Below are positions 56,032 through 64,000 of a stretch of DNA of 64,000 nucleotides, in pieces; the first letter of the stretch is position 1, and every line of letters starts with the position of its first letter. Below the pieces are notes generated by a model that saw only the letters and a program-made list of their open reading frames with translations, had not been told where the DNA came from and did no database searches. This stretch comes from a virus. The position numbers were made by a program, and so were the translations under genes. The DNA is taken from IMG/VR virus record IMGVR_UViG_3300025141_000026. One strand, written 5' to 3'.

Positions 56032-58881
56032 TTACTTCTTGAGGTTCGTGATAACCTTTTTCAAGTCGTCGATCTGAACTTGTTGAGCCTTTACAGCCTC
56101 AACGAGAACCGAAGTAAGTCTTGAATAGTCAACTCCCTGTACTCCATCCGCAGCAGTGTGAACTGCGTTTGGAAGAACAGATTGAACGTCTTGAGCGATG
56201 AAACCGAAGTCTCTTTCACCGGAATCTTTCCAAGTGAACTCAACACCCTCAAGGGACATAACAGTATCAAGGGCAGTGTTGCTCATAGAAGCAACGTCAC
56301 TCTTAAGGCTTTCGTCCGAGTAGGTAACGAATGCAGCAGCGCGAACTTTATTAATGTTATCAGATCCGTTAGCAACATCAAGTGCGTACTCAGTGGTAGC
56401 ATCTCCACCAAGAGTCAGCAAAGTAGCGCTAGATCCATCAACAAAGTAAAGAACGTGGTTACCAGCATCGTAAGACATGTGCTCATTGGCAGCGCCACCG
56501 AAGGCTTTGAAGTTTACACCAGCACCGTCAGCACCAATAGTAAGTGCTCCGTCTGCGCTGATTGCACCAGCAGAAGAAATGGTAACTCCTGATGAGCCAT
56601 ATCCGCCACCAACGGTAGCAGCAGCAGCAAGTGCAACATTTTGGTCAACATCCATAGAGATAGTAGATTCGCCTTCAGAGTTGGCAATTACGTTACCGCC
56701 AACCTTGATTGGACCACCGAAAGCAACTACGTCGTCTGACTGGGAACCGAACTGAACGTTTCCACCGAAGTCAACGTTGAAGTTCAACTTAGTAGCCACG
56801 ATAGCAGCATTAGAAGCAACAGAAGCGTTGACAACTGCATCAGCAGCCAACTCGTCAGCACCAACAGCGTCATCAGCAAGCATGCTGTTCTCAACTGCCT
56901 GAGCAGCAATAGTCAAAGCACCACCGTCAGCGATAGTAGCGTCACCGGAAACTTGTCCGTAGTAGTGATCGCGAAGACTATCAAGTCCAACTTTCTTCAA
57001 TGTTCCACCGTCAGAGATCATCAACTCGTCAGCAGAAGCGATATCTGCGTGAGCCAATTCTGTTTGACCAGAAATAACATTGTCGTTAAGCATTGAACCT
57101 TCAACGGCGTCAGCAGCAATAGTCAAAGCACCAGTATTAGACAAAGTTGCGTCACCGCTAAGTGCGACCTCTTCGTAAGAAGTTCCATCAGCAACAAGAA
57201 GCTTTCCGCTAGTAACATCTGGCATCTTGAGCATATCAATATTAGCAGAACCATCAAGATAAAGATCTTTGAACTCAGCACCAGAAGCACCAAGGTCAAC
57301 ATCGTTATCAGTTTCTGGGCGGAATACACCGTCAGCGAGGCGAACCTCAGTTGTTCCACCAATGTTGAAGTCAAGTGCACTGTTTGCATGATCCCAAAGG
57401 ACGGAAGCATGACCGTCAGAGCTAGCACCACCACCAATCTTAAGACCACCATCTGCGGAGTTCGCAGAGGAAGCAGAAAGAGCAGCAACAATCAACTTGT
57501 CAGCAATTTCAAGAGTTGTTTCTGTTTGAGAAACACTGTTGAGTGTTACGACATCGAGGTTTGTGATCAGTGCGTTAGAAGCAGTAAGGAATGTTACCGC
57601 AGAGTTAGAACCAATACTTACACCATCAATAGCACCACTGTCAATGTTAACATTTGTGATAGCTTGGTTGTTTGCATCAAGAGCAGCACCGAGTGCATCA
57701 GCCTGAAGACTGTCAATGTAAGCAACACCATCGATGTAAAGGTCTTTCCACTCTTTGGAGCTAGAACCAAGGTCAGCACCATTGTCATTCAAAGGTAAAA
57801 CATTCCCTTGAGCAGTCACTGTGGATGCAAAGGATGCAGCACCAGAACCAGATACAGTTGTGAACTGACCAGCGGCTTGCGATGCGGCACCAATTGTAGT
57901 TCCGTCAATAGCACCGCTATTGATGTCTACATTTGTGATAGCTTGGTTGTTTGCATCAAGTGCAGCACCCAATTGATCAGCCTGAAGACTGTCAACATAA
58001 GCAACCCCATCAATGTAAAGGTCTTTCCATTCAGCACTAGAAGAACCAAGATCCATACCACCATCTGCAAGTGGTAGAACATTAGCACCAAAAGTTGCTA
58101 CTCCACCAACTGCGAGTGTGGATGATCCAGAAACGGTTGTGAAAGAAGCAGCAGCTTGTGAAGCAGCACCAATTACAACACCATCCATAGCACCAGAGTT
58201 GATGTCTACGTTTGTGATTGCTTGATTATTAGCATCAAGAGCAGCGCCAAGTTGGTCAGCCTGAAGGCTATCAATGTAAGCAACGCCATCAATGTAAAGA
58301 TCTTTGAATTCCTTAGTGGAAGATCCGAGATCAACAGAACCATCTGCAAGTGGTAAAAGACTAGCACCAAAAGTTGCTACTCCACCAACTGCAAGTGTGG
58401 ACGAGCCAGACATGGTTGTTGCAGTCATTCCGTTAGAGAATGCAGCAACAGCAGATCCAAGCAAGTTACCACGGGTAATCTTCTGATTTGTTCCGTTTGC
58501 ACCATCATCAATGATGAGAAGATCGGCATCAACAACAGCAGTTGTAGCTGAAGACATTCCATCAATGTCAAGATTGATAGTAACGGTGTCGTCAGTCATT
58601 ACAGTTGCAAGACCCTCGCCACCTGCAAAGGTGATATCTTCCGAGTCCAAGTTAATTGTTTGGTCTGCACCGCTGTCGCCAGCGACTGTAAGTGTACCAC
58701 CACCGGCAATGTCGAATGGAGACGAGACGCCTTCATTTTGTAAGTAAAGTTTCGCAGATCCGCCTGAGCCCGAAGCGAAAAGGTAGATACCTCCTCCCGG
58801 CGCATCGGCTGGATCACCAGAACCAGAAACGTTCTGCAAGGATACATATTTTCCGTAATCGGAAATACTAAAATTAGCCAT
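56032..58881 (-). CDS. Tail fibre/spike protein with internal repeats and a C-terminal Peptidase_S74 intramolecular chaperone
   Basis: SDESLKSDV...L.GV.F.WK...GFIAQDV..VLP..V...GVDY..L..VLVEAVK plus coiled coil; Ala/Gly/Ser/Asp-rich repeats; strong AGGAGG SD. Confidence 0.85.
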   Translation of the reverse strand: MANFSISDYGKYVSLQNVSGSGDPADAPGGGIYLFASGSGGSAKLYLQNEGVSSPFDIAGGGTLTVAGDSGADQTINLDSEDITFAGGEGLATVMTDDTVTINLDIDGMSSATTAVVDADLLIIDDGANGTNQKITRGNLLGSAVAAFSNGMTATTMSGSSTLAVGGVATFGASLLPLADGSVDLGSSTKEFKDLYIDGVAYIDSLQADQLGAALDANNQAITNVDINSGAMDGVVIGAASQAAASFTTVSGSSTLAVGGVATFGANVLPLADGGMDLGSSSAEWKDLYIDGVAYVDSLQADQLGAALDANNQAITNVDINSGAIDGTTIGAASQAAGQFTTVSGSGAASFASTVTAQGNVLPLNDNGADLGSSSKEWKDLYIDGVAYIDSLQADALGAALDANNQAITNVNIDSGAIDGVSIGSNSAVTFLTASNALITNLDVVTLNSVSQTETTLEIADKLIVAALSASSANSADGGLKIGGGASSDGHASVLWDHANSALDFNIGGTTEVRLADGVFRPETDNDVDLGASGAEFKDLYLDGSANIDMLKMPDVTSGKLLVADGTSYEEVALSGDATLSNTGALTIAADAVEGSMLNDNVISGQTELAHADIASADELMISDGGTLKKVGLDSLRDHYYGQVSGDATIADGGALTIAAQAVENSMLADDAVGADELAADAVVNASVASNAAIVATKLNFNVDFGGNVQFGSQSDDVVAFGGPIKVGGNVIANSEGESTISMDVDQNVALAAAATVGGGYGSSGVTISSAGAISADGALTIGADGAGVNFKAFGGAANEHMSYDAGNHVLYFVDGSSATLLTLGGDATTEYALDVANGSDNINKVRAAAFVTYSDESLKSDVASMSNTALDTVMSLEGVEFTWKDSGERDFGFIAQDVQSVLPNAVHTAADGVQGVDYSRLTSVLVEAVKAQQVQIDDLKKVITNLKK
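57590..58410 (-). repeat. Three tandem ~279-bp (93-aa) repeats within the fibre gene
   Basis: LP..DG..DLGSS..E(F/W)KDLYIDGVAY.DSLQAD.LGAALDANNQAITNV.I.SGA.DG occurs three times; matching DNA anchors are 279 nt apart (58361 vs 58082; 58020 vs 57741). Confidence 0.9.
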
Positions 58882-59055
58882 AATATTTTCCTCCTATATA
58901 AAGTTATAGCTGAGAAAACATTTTCAACAGTTGTGAATTATATTTTTATACTTTTTAGATTTCGTTTGCCCGTTACAACATGGACATAGATAAGTTTGAT
59001 TTTGTTTGTCGTTAGAAAACACGCTCTGTTGCACAGTTTTCTCGACTGTAATTAG
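58882..59055 (-). promoter_or_regulatory. Candidate late promoter (CTAATTA) and structured 5' leader of the fibre gene
   Basis: CTAATTACA at 59047-59055, followed by ~165 non-coding nt containing inverted repeats. Confidence 0.45.
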
Positions 59056-59091
59056 TTTGCAGTAAGCGTTTTAGAATAAAATTTATTGTTT

Positions 59092-59316
59092 TTATTGGGA
59101 AGGATCTTGGGGAGGATTGAAATTGATGTTTCTTTTCAAGCACTCAAGGCATTCTTCAGCCTCAGAAAGTTTTTTTGTCCACTTGATCAATTCTTCTAAT
59201 ATGTTTGAATGATCGGCAACTGCTTGTGGACTCCCCATGTACAAGCCAATAAGTGCCAGTGCCTCCTCTCTCTGTGCTTGAAAATGTGATACTAAAGCTT
59301 TATACATTTGACTCAT
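59092..59316 (-). CDS. Hypothetical helical protein (74 aa)
   Basis: ORF with GGAG SD, overlapping the upstream gene. Confidence 0.6.
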   Translation of the reverse strand: MSQMYKALVSHFQAQREEALALIGLYMGSPQAVADHSNILEELIKWTKKLSEAEECLECLKRNINFNPPQDPSQ

Positions 59317-59545
59317 TTTTTTCTCCTGTTACTTTTTTCATCCACTCAACTTTGAAAAATTCTATTTTTTCCAGCTTTTGGACAAATATAAAATACCCTT
59401 CTTTATCATCATAGTGTGACATGCCTTTTGCGATTATAACTCCATACGAAAAATAAGGATAAGCTAGATAGTGTGCCTTGTGAATTCTAGTTCCAAAAAG
59501 CCTTACCTTTACTAGTTCCCCTATTTCATACTCATCACTTGACAA
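59300..59545 (-). CDS. Hypothetical small beta-barrel protein (81 aa)
   Basis: YEIGELVKV pattern; TTG start with GAGGT SD. Confidence 0.5.
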   Translation of the reverse strand: MSSDEYEIGELVKVRLFGTRIHKAHYLAYPYFSYGVIIAKGMSHYDDKEGYFIFVQKLEKIEFFKVEWMKKVTGEKNESNV

Positions 59546-59571
59546 TTCATGTTACCTCTACTATAAATAGG

Positions 59572-59646
59572 TGGCTGCGGAGGTAGGACTCGAACCTACA
59601 ACCTTGAAGTTAACAGCTTCCTGCACTACCTTTGTGCTACTCCGCA
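59572..59646 (-). tRNA. tRNA-Asn(GTT)
   Basis: TGCGGAGTAGCACAAAGGTAGTGCA-GGAAG-CTGTTAA-CTTCA...GGTTCGAGTCC...CTCCGCAGCCA. Confidence 0.9.
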
Positions 59647-59909
59647 CTATTTTTTAGTTTTGTTAGGGTTTGGATGGTTTGACTAACATCAATAGAAGTT
59701 ATTTGATCTGCTCGGTAATACTCGGGTTCATATTCTCGGTTAGATGTATTTTTTATGTGCTCCACCGCTTTTTGATAACGCTCATCGTCAACAAAGTCAA
59801 CAATAAAATAAGACCAATCATCTCCTTTTGGATTTTTTAGAACTTTTTTAATTTTACCGTATCTCTGTAATCCGTGGTGCTCATTACTAACAAAATCTCC
59901 AACTCTCAT
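59637..59909 (-). CDS. Hypothetical protein (90 aa)
   Basis: MRVGDFV small-barrel-like start; GGAGGA SD; its stop codon lies inside tRNA-Asn. Confidence 0.55.
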   Translation of the reverse strand: MRVGDFVSNEHHGLQRYGKIKKVLKNPKGDDWSYFIVDFVDDERYQKAVEHIKNTSNREYEPEYYRADQITSIDVSQTIQTLTKLKNSAE

Positions 59910-60625
59910 TTATCCTCCAATGCTAAACGCATCTCTTCAATTTCACCTAAAACTCTTTTTGACATAATTTTTATTACTTGGCGTTGCTTGCCAGAATAAT
60001 CATTGTAAGTTTTGGTTTCCTCTTCTTCTTTCATAACAAAAGGACGACCCCCAATCCTTGACATAAACTCGCCTGTCTCTCCGCCCATAAATTGACCAAT
60101 AGTTTCCTTCTGATCTAATCCGGGGTATATGCCTCTGTTAGTGCCGTGAATAAACGCCTCACCCCCTTTTGGTACTAGTATAACAGAATCCTGACAGTAT
60201 CTTTTACCTAAATCGATAATCTCGTCAAAAAATTGGGGGTCGTTCTTCAAATTTACAACAAAATAGCTATTTTCTTTTACTTCTCTTGGGATCTTATCAG
60301 GATCGAGTGAACGAAAGTTCTCAATATACGAACCTTGCACATTCTTTATTCCGTATCCTCGACCTAATAGATAAGCTGAAAGATCTTTGTTGTTTCTTCT
60401 ATTCGTTTTTGCTCTTTTGCCTTGGACGGCTCGTGTTCTTTTCTTACCACCCTTTTCATCCAAAGGTTCTTCGGGTGGTGTAAAAACACACATAGATTTG
60501 TCATTTATATCACCACGGAAGGCGGTAATAAAGGCTGTATCGTAATCAAGCATATCTTGTCTAATCTTTGCTAGACCAGCCTCGTTTATGAGAAACACTT
60601 GCCAATTTTTATGATAATCACTCAT
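59906..60625 (-). CDS. Conserved phage hypothetical protein (possibly DUF3293-like)
   Basis: ITAFR...N..NN..L...L...GYG...V.G.Y.E...E.S.FV.N...LG..Y.QDSV pattern. Confidence 0.5.
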   Translation of the reverse strand: MSDYHKNWQVFLINEAGLAKIRQDMLDYDTAFITAFRGDINDKSMCVFTPPEEPLDEKGGKKRTRAVQGKRAKTNRRNNKDLSAYLLGRGYGIKNVQGSYIENFRSLDPDKIPREVKENSYFVVNLKNDPQFFDEIIDLGKRYCQDSVILVPKGGEAFIHGTNRGIYPGLDQKETIGQFMGGETGEFMSRIGGRPFVMKEEEETKTYNDYSGKQRQVIKIMSKRVLGEIEEMRLALEDK

Positions 60626-60655
60626 GCAAATAAATAGTCCATAAATACAATTTAG

Positions 60656-60729
60656 TACGCCAAGCAGGATTCGAACCTGCGACCTACGGCTTAGAAGGCC
60701 GTTGCTCTATCCATCTGAGCTATTGGCGC
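60656..60729 (-). tRNA. tRNA-Arg(TCT)
   Basis: GCGCCAATAGCTCAGATGGATAGAGCA-ACGGC-CTTCTAA-GCCGT...GGTTCGAATCC...TTGGCGTA; ends ACTA. Confidence 0.95.
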
Positions 60730-60732
60730 ATT

Positions 60733-60809
60733 TGGTGGACCCCCTCGGACTCGAACCGAGGACCTAACCGTTATGAGCGGTGTGCTCTAACCAACTGAGC
60801 TAGAGGTCC
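60733..60809 (-). tRNA. tRNA with CAT anticodon, probably Ile2 (lysidine-modified, reads ATA)
   Basis: GGACCTCTAGCTCAGTTGGTTAGAGC...ACCG-CTCATAA-CGGT...GGTCCACCA. Paired G1-C72 and the absence of a GGG/CCC anticodon stem rule out initiator Met; the acceptor stem resembles bacterial Ile2. Confidence 0.85.
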
Positions 60810-60821
60810 ATGTTGTTTGCT

Positions 60822-60850
60822 ATAATATAATAATGATTTTTGTTTGTCAA
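60822..60850 (-). promoter_or_regulatory. Sigma70-type promoter for the tRNA-CAT/tRNA-Arg pair
   Basis: TTGACA-N17-TATTAT, ending 12 nt upstream of the tRNA; same hexamers as the tRNA-Leu promoter. Confidence 0.8.
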
Positions 60851-60856
60851 GTAAAG

Positions 60857-62167
60857 TTATAAAACTTTGGCTGCAAGGGTTGCAACCTTTGATCTCTCAC
60901 CCTTTTGTAGAATGATGTGACCTGCTAGCTCATAATCTTTGAATTTTTCAACAGCATGAGTCAGTCCATTAGATGTTTCGTCTGTATATACATTATCGAT
61001 TTGTTCAATATCACCAGTTAATACAATCTTTGTACCTTCTCCAACTCTCGTAACGATAGTCTTTAGTTCATGTATTGTGAGATTCTGAGCCTCATCAATA
61101 ATAATAAAAGCATTTGCTATTGATCTACCACGAATATATGTTAGGGCTTCGACCTCAATTGTACCATTGTCCATATACATTTGTAGTGTTTCCTTATCAT
61201 TGCCCATCAAAAACCTGAGATTGTCTTCGATGGGAGCCAGCCATGGGTTCATCTTCTCTTCCATTGTTCCCGGCAAATATCCAATGTCTTTACCCATGGG
61301 TTGAATAGGTCTAGAAACAATTACCCTTTTATAGATATTGTCACCTTCCATTGTTTGTTCTAAAGCAGCAGCAATTGCACAAAGAGTTTTACCAGATCCA
61401 GCTTTACCAACCAGCGTTATAATATCAATCTCTGGGTTCATAAGAAGATCTAAAGCGAATGCTTGTTCTTTGTTTTTTGCTTGCACACCCCAAATTCCAT
61501 CTTTTTTCTGCGGTATTCTTTGAAGAGGTGTAGAATAATTCACAAATCTGGCTAAAGCTGTCTTTTTTTCATTTGAATTGGACACTAACATAACAAATTG
61601 ATTTGGATAAAGTTTGATTTCATCTTTTTCTAATATAATATCTTCTCTAGAATAAAATTGGTCGATTACTTGTTCATCAACTAGGTGAGAAGTTGTACCA
61701 GTATAGACATAGCTCATGTCTTTTACCACTTGACCTTCAATGTAATCTTCTGAGAGTAGTCCGATAGAGTCGCACTTAACTCTCATGTTGATATCTCTGG
61801 ATACAACAATTACTTTTCTTTTTTTATGAAGTGTTCTTTCTGTAAGAGCAGTAGCAATGATTTGATTATCGGGTGTATTTGCGTCATATTCTTTAGGCAA
61901 TACAGCGGGATCATATCCCTTTACTTGAATAATACCTTTACCTTTGGCGATACGCACACCTTTATGAAGACTGCCCTTCTCTCTATAAGAATCTAGCATT
62001 CTTATGGTTTTTCTGGCGTTGATACCAGCACCGTCTTGTCTTTTCTTATTGTGGTCGATTTCTTCTAACACTTTGAGGGGAACAACTATATCATTGTTTT
62101 CAAAGGAAGTTAGGCAGTCTGCATCGGTGAGGCAAACACTAGTGTCCAGAACATATACTTTTTTCAT
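60857..62167 (-). CDS. phoH: PIN-PhoH (PhoH2/YlaK-like) protein
   Basis: N-terminal PIN VYVLDTSV...VLEEID...PDNQI...VSRDINMR; PhoH GKAGSGKT, IGYLPG...EKM.PW, RGRS, IIDEAQN, GD..QID. Confidence 0.92.
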   Translation of the reverse strand: MKKVYVLDTSVCLTDADCLTSFENNDIVVPLKVLEEIDHNKKRQDGAGINARKTIRMLDSYREKGSLHKGVRIAKGKGIIQVKGYDPAVLPKEYDANTPDNQIIATALTERTLHKKRKVIVVSRDINMRVKCDSIGLLSEDYIEGQVVKDMSYVYTGTTSHLVDEQVIDQFYSREDIILEKDEIKLYPNQFVMLVSNSNEKKTALARFVNYSTPLQRIPQKKDGIWGVQAKNKEQAFALDLLMNPEIDIITLVGKAGSGKTLCAIAAALEQTMEGDNIYKRVIVSRPIQPMGKDIGYLPGTMEEKMNPWLAPIEDNLRFLMGNDKETLQMYMDNGTIEVEALTYIRGRSIANAFIIIDEAQNLTIHELKTIVTRVGEGTKIVLTGDIEQIDNVYTDETSNGLTHAVEKFKDYELAGHIILQKGERSKVATLAAKVL

Positions 62168-62193
62168 TCACGACTCTCTGTTTCAAAGTTGGA

Positions 62194-62463
62194 CTATTTT
62201 ATAAGCTCAAGTTGAGTATTTTTTACTGTCCAGAAATAGCAAGGAACTGTTTTAGTTCTCACATCTTCATTAGTAAATATGTGGATATCGAAATTGTTTT
62301 CTGTATAAGAGGTCTTTACATTTTCATTTTTTTCAGGTACCCTCTCTAAAGCATCTACAATGATGTCTTTTTTAATAGTAATTTTTTCTTTAACACAACC
62401 AGATACCAAGGTAAAAGATAGCAACATGAATAACACTGTCAGTAAAATATATTGTTTAAACAT
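62194..62463 (-). CDS. Putative lipoprotein (89 aa)
   Basis: Signal peptide ending in the lipobox LVSG-C. Confidence 0.6.
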   Translation of the reverse strand: MFKQYILLTVLFMLLSFTLVSGCVKEKITIKKDIIVDALERVPEKNENVKTSYTENNFDIHIFTNEDVRTKTVPCYFWTVKNTQLELIK

Positions 62464-62539
62464 TTGTAATATAACTCCTAATTCACTCTATAAGTAGATC
62501 ATTATTTTAGATAAGTCTAGTTATTACTGAGGATAAAAG

Positions 62540-63370
62540 ATGAAAAACACACTGCTAGGGCTTTTTTTATTTCTGCTTTGTATAATCTCAGTATCATGCA
62601 CTAGTCTAAATCAAAATAGCCAAAAAGATATTCTATATAGAGACTCGTTTATAAAATTAGAAAAAACACTTGTTGTTTCTTTGTGTAAAGATGGAAAATG
62701 CAATCCTTTCACAGAATTGGGTTCTACAGCTTCAGGGGCTGTAATTAGAAATCAATTTGATGGCTCTTATGTATTAACTGCTGCTCACGTCTGTGATGAC
62801 TCAGGTATTCAAAATCATATTGATGGGTTTTTCAAATCAGAAGCCCCAGAACTAATCAAGGACGTAAAGAAGGAGCTAATCTTTATAGGCAAGACATTGG
62901 ATGGCAAAAAATATAATATAAATATTATTGCTCAGGATGCAGAGAATGATATTTGCATTGTTTGGGTGAAAGACTTATATAAGAAAGCACTAAATGTATC
63001 GCCTCAAAGACCAGAAATTGGTGACAAAGTATATAATATGGCTGCACCTCTTGGTATCTATCATCCCGGTATGATTCCATTACAAGAAGGGTTATATAAT
63101 GGTCAAAAAAAGAACGCCGACATCTATTCTATACCAGCGATAGGGGGGAGTTCCGGTTCTCCAATAGTCAACCATAAAGGTGAGCTAGTCGGGATGATTC
63201 ACTCAGTTTATAGAAACTTCAATCACGTTTCTTTATCACCGACTTATGATGATCTAACTCAATTTATTTATAGCAAAACAACCAAACATGTTGGAGATCA
63301 TATGGTTGATGTATTAATGAAGCAACTAATCAAGAAAAAAGAAATTTCAATTCCCACCGATAAAGAGTGA
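62540..63370 (+). CDS. Trypsin-like serine protease, probable lipoprotein
   Basis: Signal peptide with SVS-C; VLTAAHVC (His), NDI (Asp), GGSSGSP (Ser). The only supported plus-strand gene; GAGGA SD. Confidence 0.85.
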   Translation: MKNTLLGLFLFLLCIISVSCTSLNQNSQKDILYRDSFIKLEKTLVVSLCKDGKCNPFTELGSTASGAVIRNQFDGSYVLTAAHVCDDSGIQNHIDGFFKSEAPELIKDVKKELIFIGKTLDGKKYNINIIAQDAENDICIVWVKDLYKKALNVSPQRPEIGDKVYNMAAPLGIYHPGMIPLQEGLYNGQKKNADIYSIPAIGGSSGSPIVNHKGELVGMIHSVYRNFNHVSLSPTYDDLTQFIYSKTTKHVGDHMVDVLMKQLIKKKEISIPTDKE

Positions 63371-63372
63371 CA

Positions 63373-63834
63373 TTATTGTTTTAGCTTATCTAATTCACTG
63401 TTTGCGTGTTTGATTATAGATTTTTGAGCGGATTGTAGTTTATTGTTGTCAATACTCTTTACAGTGTCTCCCAAATTGAAAACGGTCTCGATTCCAAGAT
63501 ATTCACAAACTCGCATTTCAACTTCCGGCAAAGAACGACTTGTGGCAGATCCCCCGTTTCCAAAATATGTTGGTCTAACCTCAAATAAGGCATAAACTAC
63601 ATCCCCATCAGAGTCATCAAAAGAAATTACTTGAGATACATATTCACATTCTTCTAATAGACTCTTTCTGGTTTCAAAATCAAACAAAAGGTAGCCTTTG
63701 TTTTCCTTGACCCAATTATCGCTGTTTAGGGCTACAATTACTTTTCCATATTTGCTAGCCTCTCTAAGAAGTAGCAAGTGACCGAAATGAAGGGGGTTGA
63801 AAGCGCCACTTACAAGAATTGTTTTTTCATTCAT
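63373..63834 (-). CDS. Second HIGH-motif cytidylyltransferase-like protein
   Basis: SGAFNPLHFGH, VALNSD.W...KG, FGNGG. Confidence 0.75.
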   Translation of the reverse strand: MNEKTILVSGAFNPLHFGHLLLLREASKYGKVIVALNSDNWVKENKGYLLFDFETRKSLLEECEYVSQVISFDDSDGDVVYALFEVRPTYFGNGGSATSRSLPEVEMRVCEYLGIETVFNLGDTVKSIDNNKLQSAQKSIIKHANSELDKLKQ

Positions 63835-64000
63835 GGTGTAACAATATCGTCAACAAGACCATACTTTAAGCAGGTTTTAGCATCCCACCATAAATCTCGT
63901 TTTAGAATTTGAGCAATTTTTGATTTTGGAAGTTTTGTGTTCTCTTCATATATTCCAATAATCTTTTTCATCAAAAGCTCATTGTTTTTCATATCGTCTT
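63831..64000 (-). CDS. ClpP-family protease, C-terminal fragment (runs off the right edge)
   Basis: Translates ...IIGIYEENTKLPKSKIAQILKRDLWWDAKTCLKYGLVDDIVTP*, matching the ClpP D.W..A..A..YGL.D.I motif; not in the ORF track. Confidence 0.75.
   Translation of the reverse strand, partial: DDMKNNELLMKKIIGIYEENTKLPKSKIAQILKRDLWWDAKTCLKYGLVDDIVTP

Noticed and set aside
57590-58410. Diversity-generating retroelement suggested by the fibre repeats
   Set aside because: The repeats are in-frame, tandem and coding, with mostly synonymous differences; there is no reverse transcriptase or adenine-specific TR/VR pair.
20691-59570. Perfect T4 late-promoter sequences TATAAATA on the plus strand (20691, 32537, 59562)
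   Set aside because: They point away from the genes they abut. The motif flips with gene orientation at 62517, so the functional reading is more likely CTANTTA on the coding strand.
422-62204. Numerous 60-190 aa plus-strand ORFs and nested minus-strand ORFs in the track (e.g. 24337-24915, 42483-42956)
   Set aside because: They are antisense or alternate-frame shadows of long, motif-bearing minus-strand genes and show no recognisable domains.
1-64000. Stop-codon reassignment (alternative genetic code)
   Set aside because: Genes are full length and densely packed under the standard code, TAA, TAG and TGA all end genes, and no suppressor tRNA is seen.

Overview
This window is a 64-kb segment of a large (probably jumbo) AT-rich tailed bacteriophage with a contractile-tail (T4-like) baseplate. 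Nearly all genes are on the minus strand. From left to right: (i) 1-32235, a virion/baseplate module with several giant proteins (>798, 1295, 3155 LamG, 2649 aa), gp6-like and gp25-like wedge proteins, a spike and an OB-fold/SGNH/amidase hub protein; (ii) 32237-34003, small genes including a gp55-like late sigma factor; (iii) 33996-52256, an ~18-kb, 19-gene glycan biosynthesis island; (iv) 52264-64000, accessory genes: a Cas4-like nuclease, three proteases, a DNA methyltransferase, a repeat-containing tail fibre with S74 chaperone, PIN-PhoH and four tRNAs (Leu-TAA, Asn-GTT, Arg-TCT, Ile2/Met-CAT) behind consensus sigma70 promoters. The best candidate for a new system is a phage-encoded sialic-acid-like (ulosonic acid) glycosylation pathway. 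It comprises a SIS-HAD fusion, an HpcH aldolase (no NeuB/KdsA in the window), a class III aminotransferase, two CMP-sugar synthetases, a GT29-like transferase and a Maf-like transferase. Some virion proteins are also strongly enriched in [S/T]-G-S motifs, which could be acceptor sequons. Other observations are a duplicated aldolase N-terminus that marks a cassette insertion, a CTANTTA candidate late-promoter motif and a structured tail-fibre leader. All protein calls rest on motif recognition by eye; no database searches were run.
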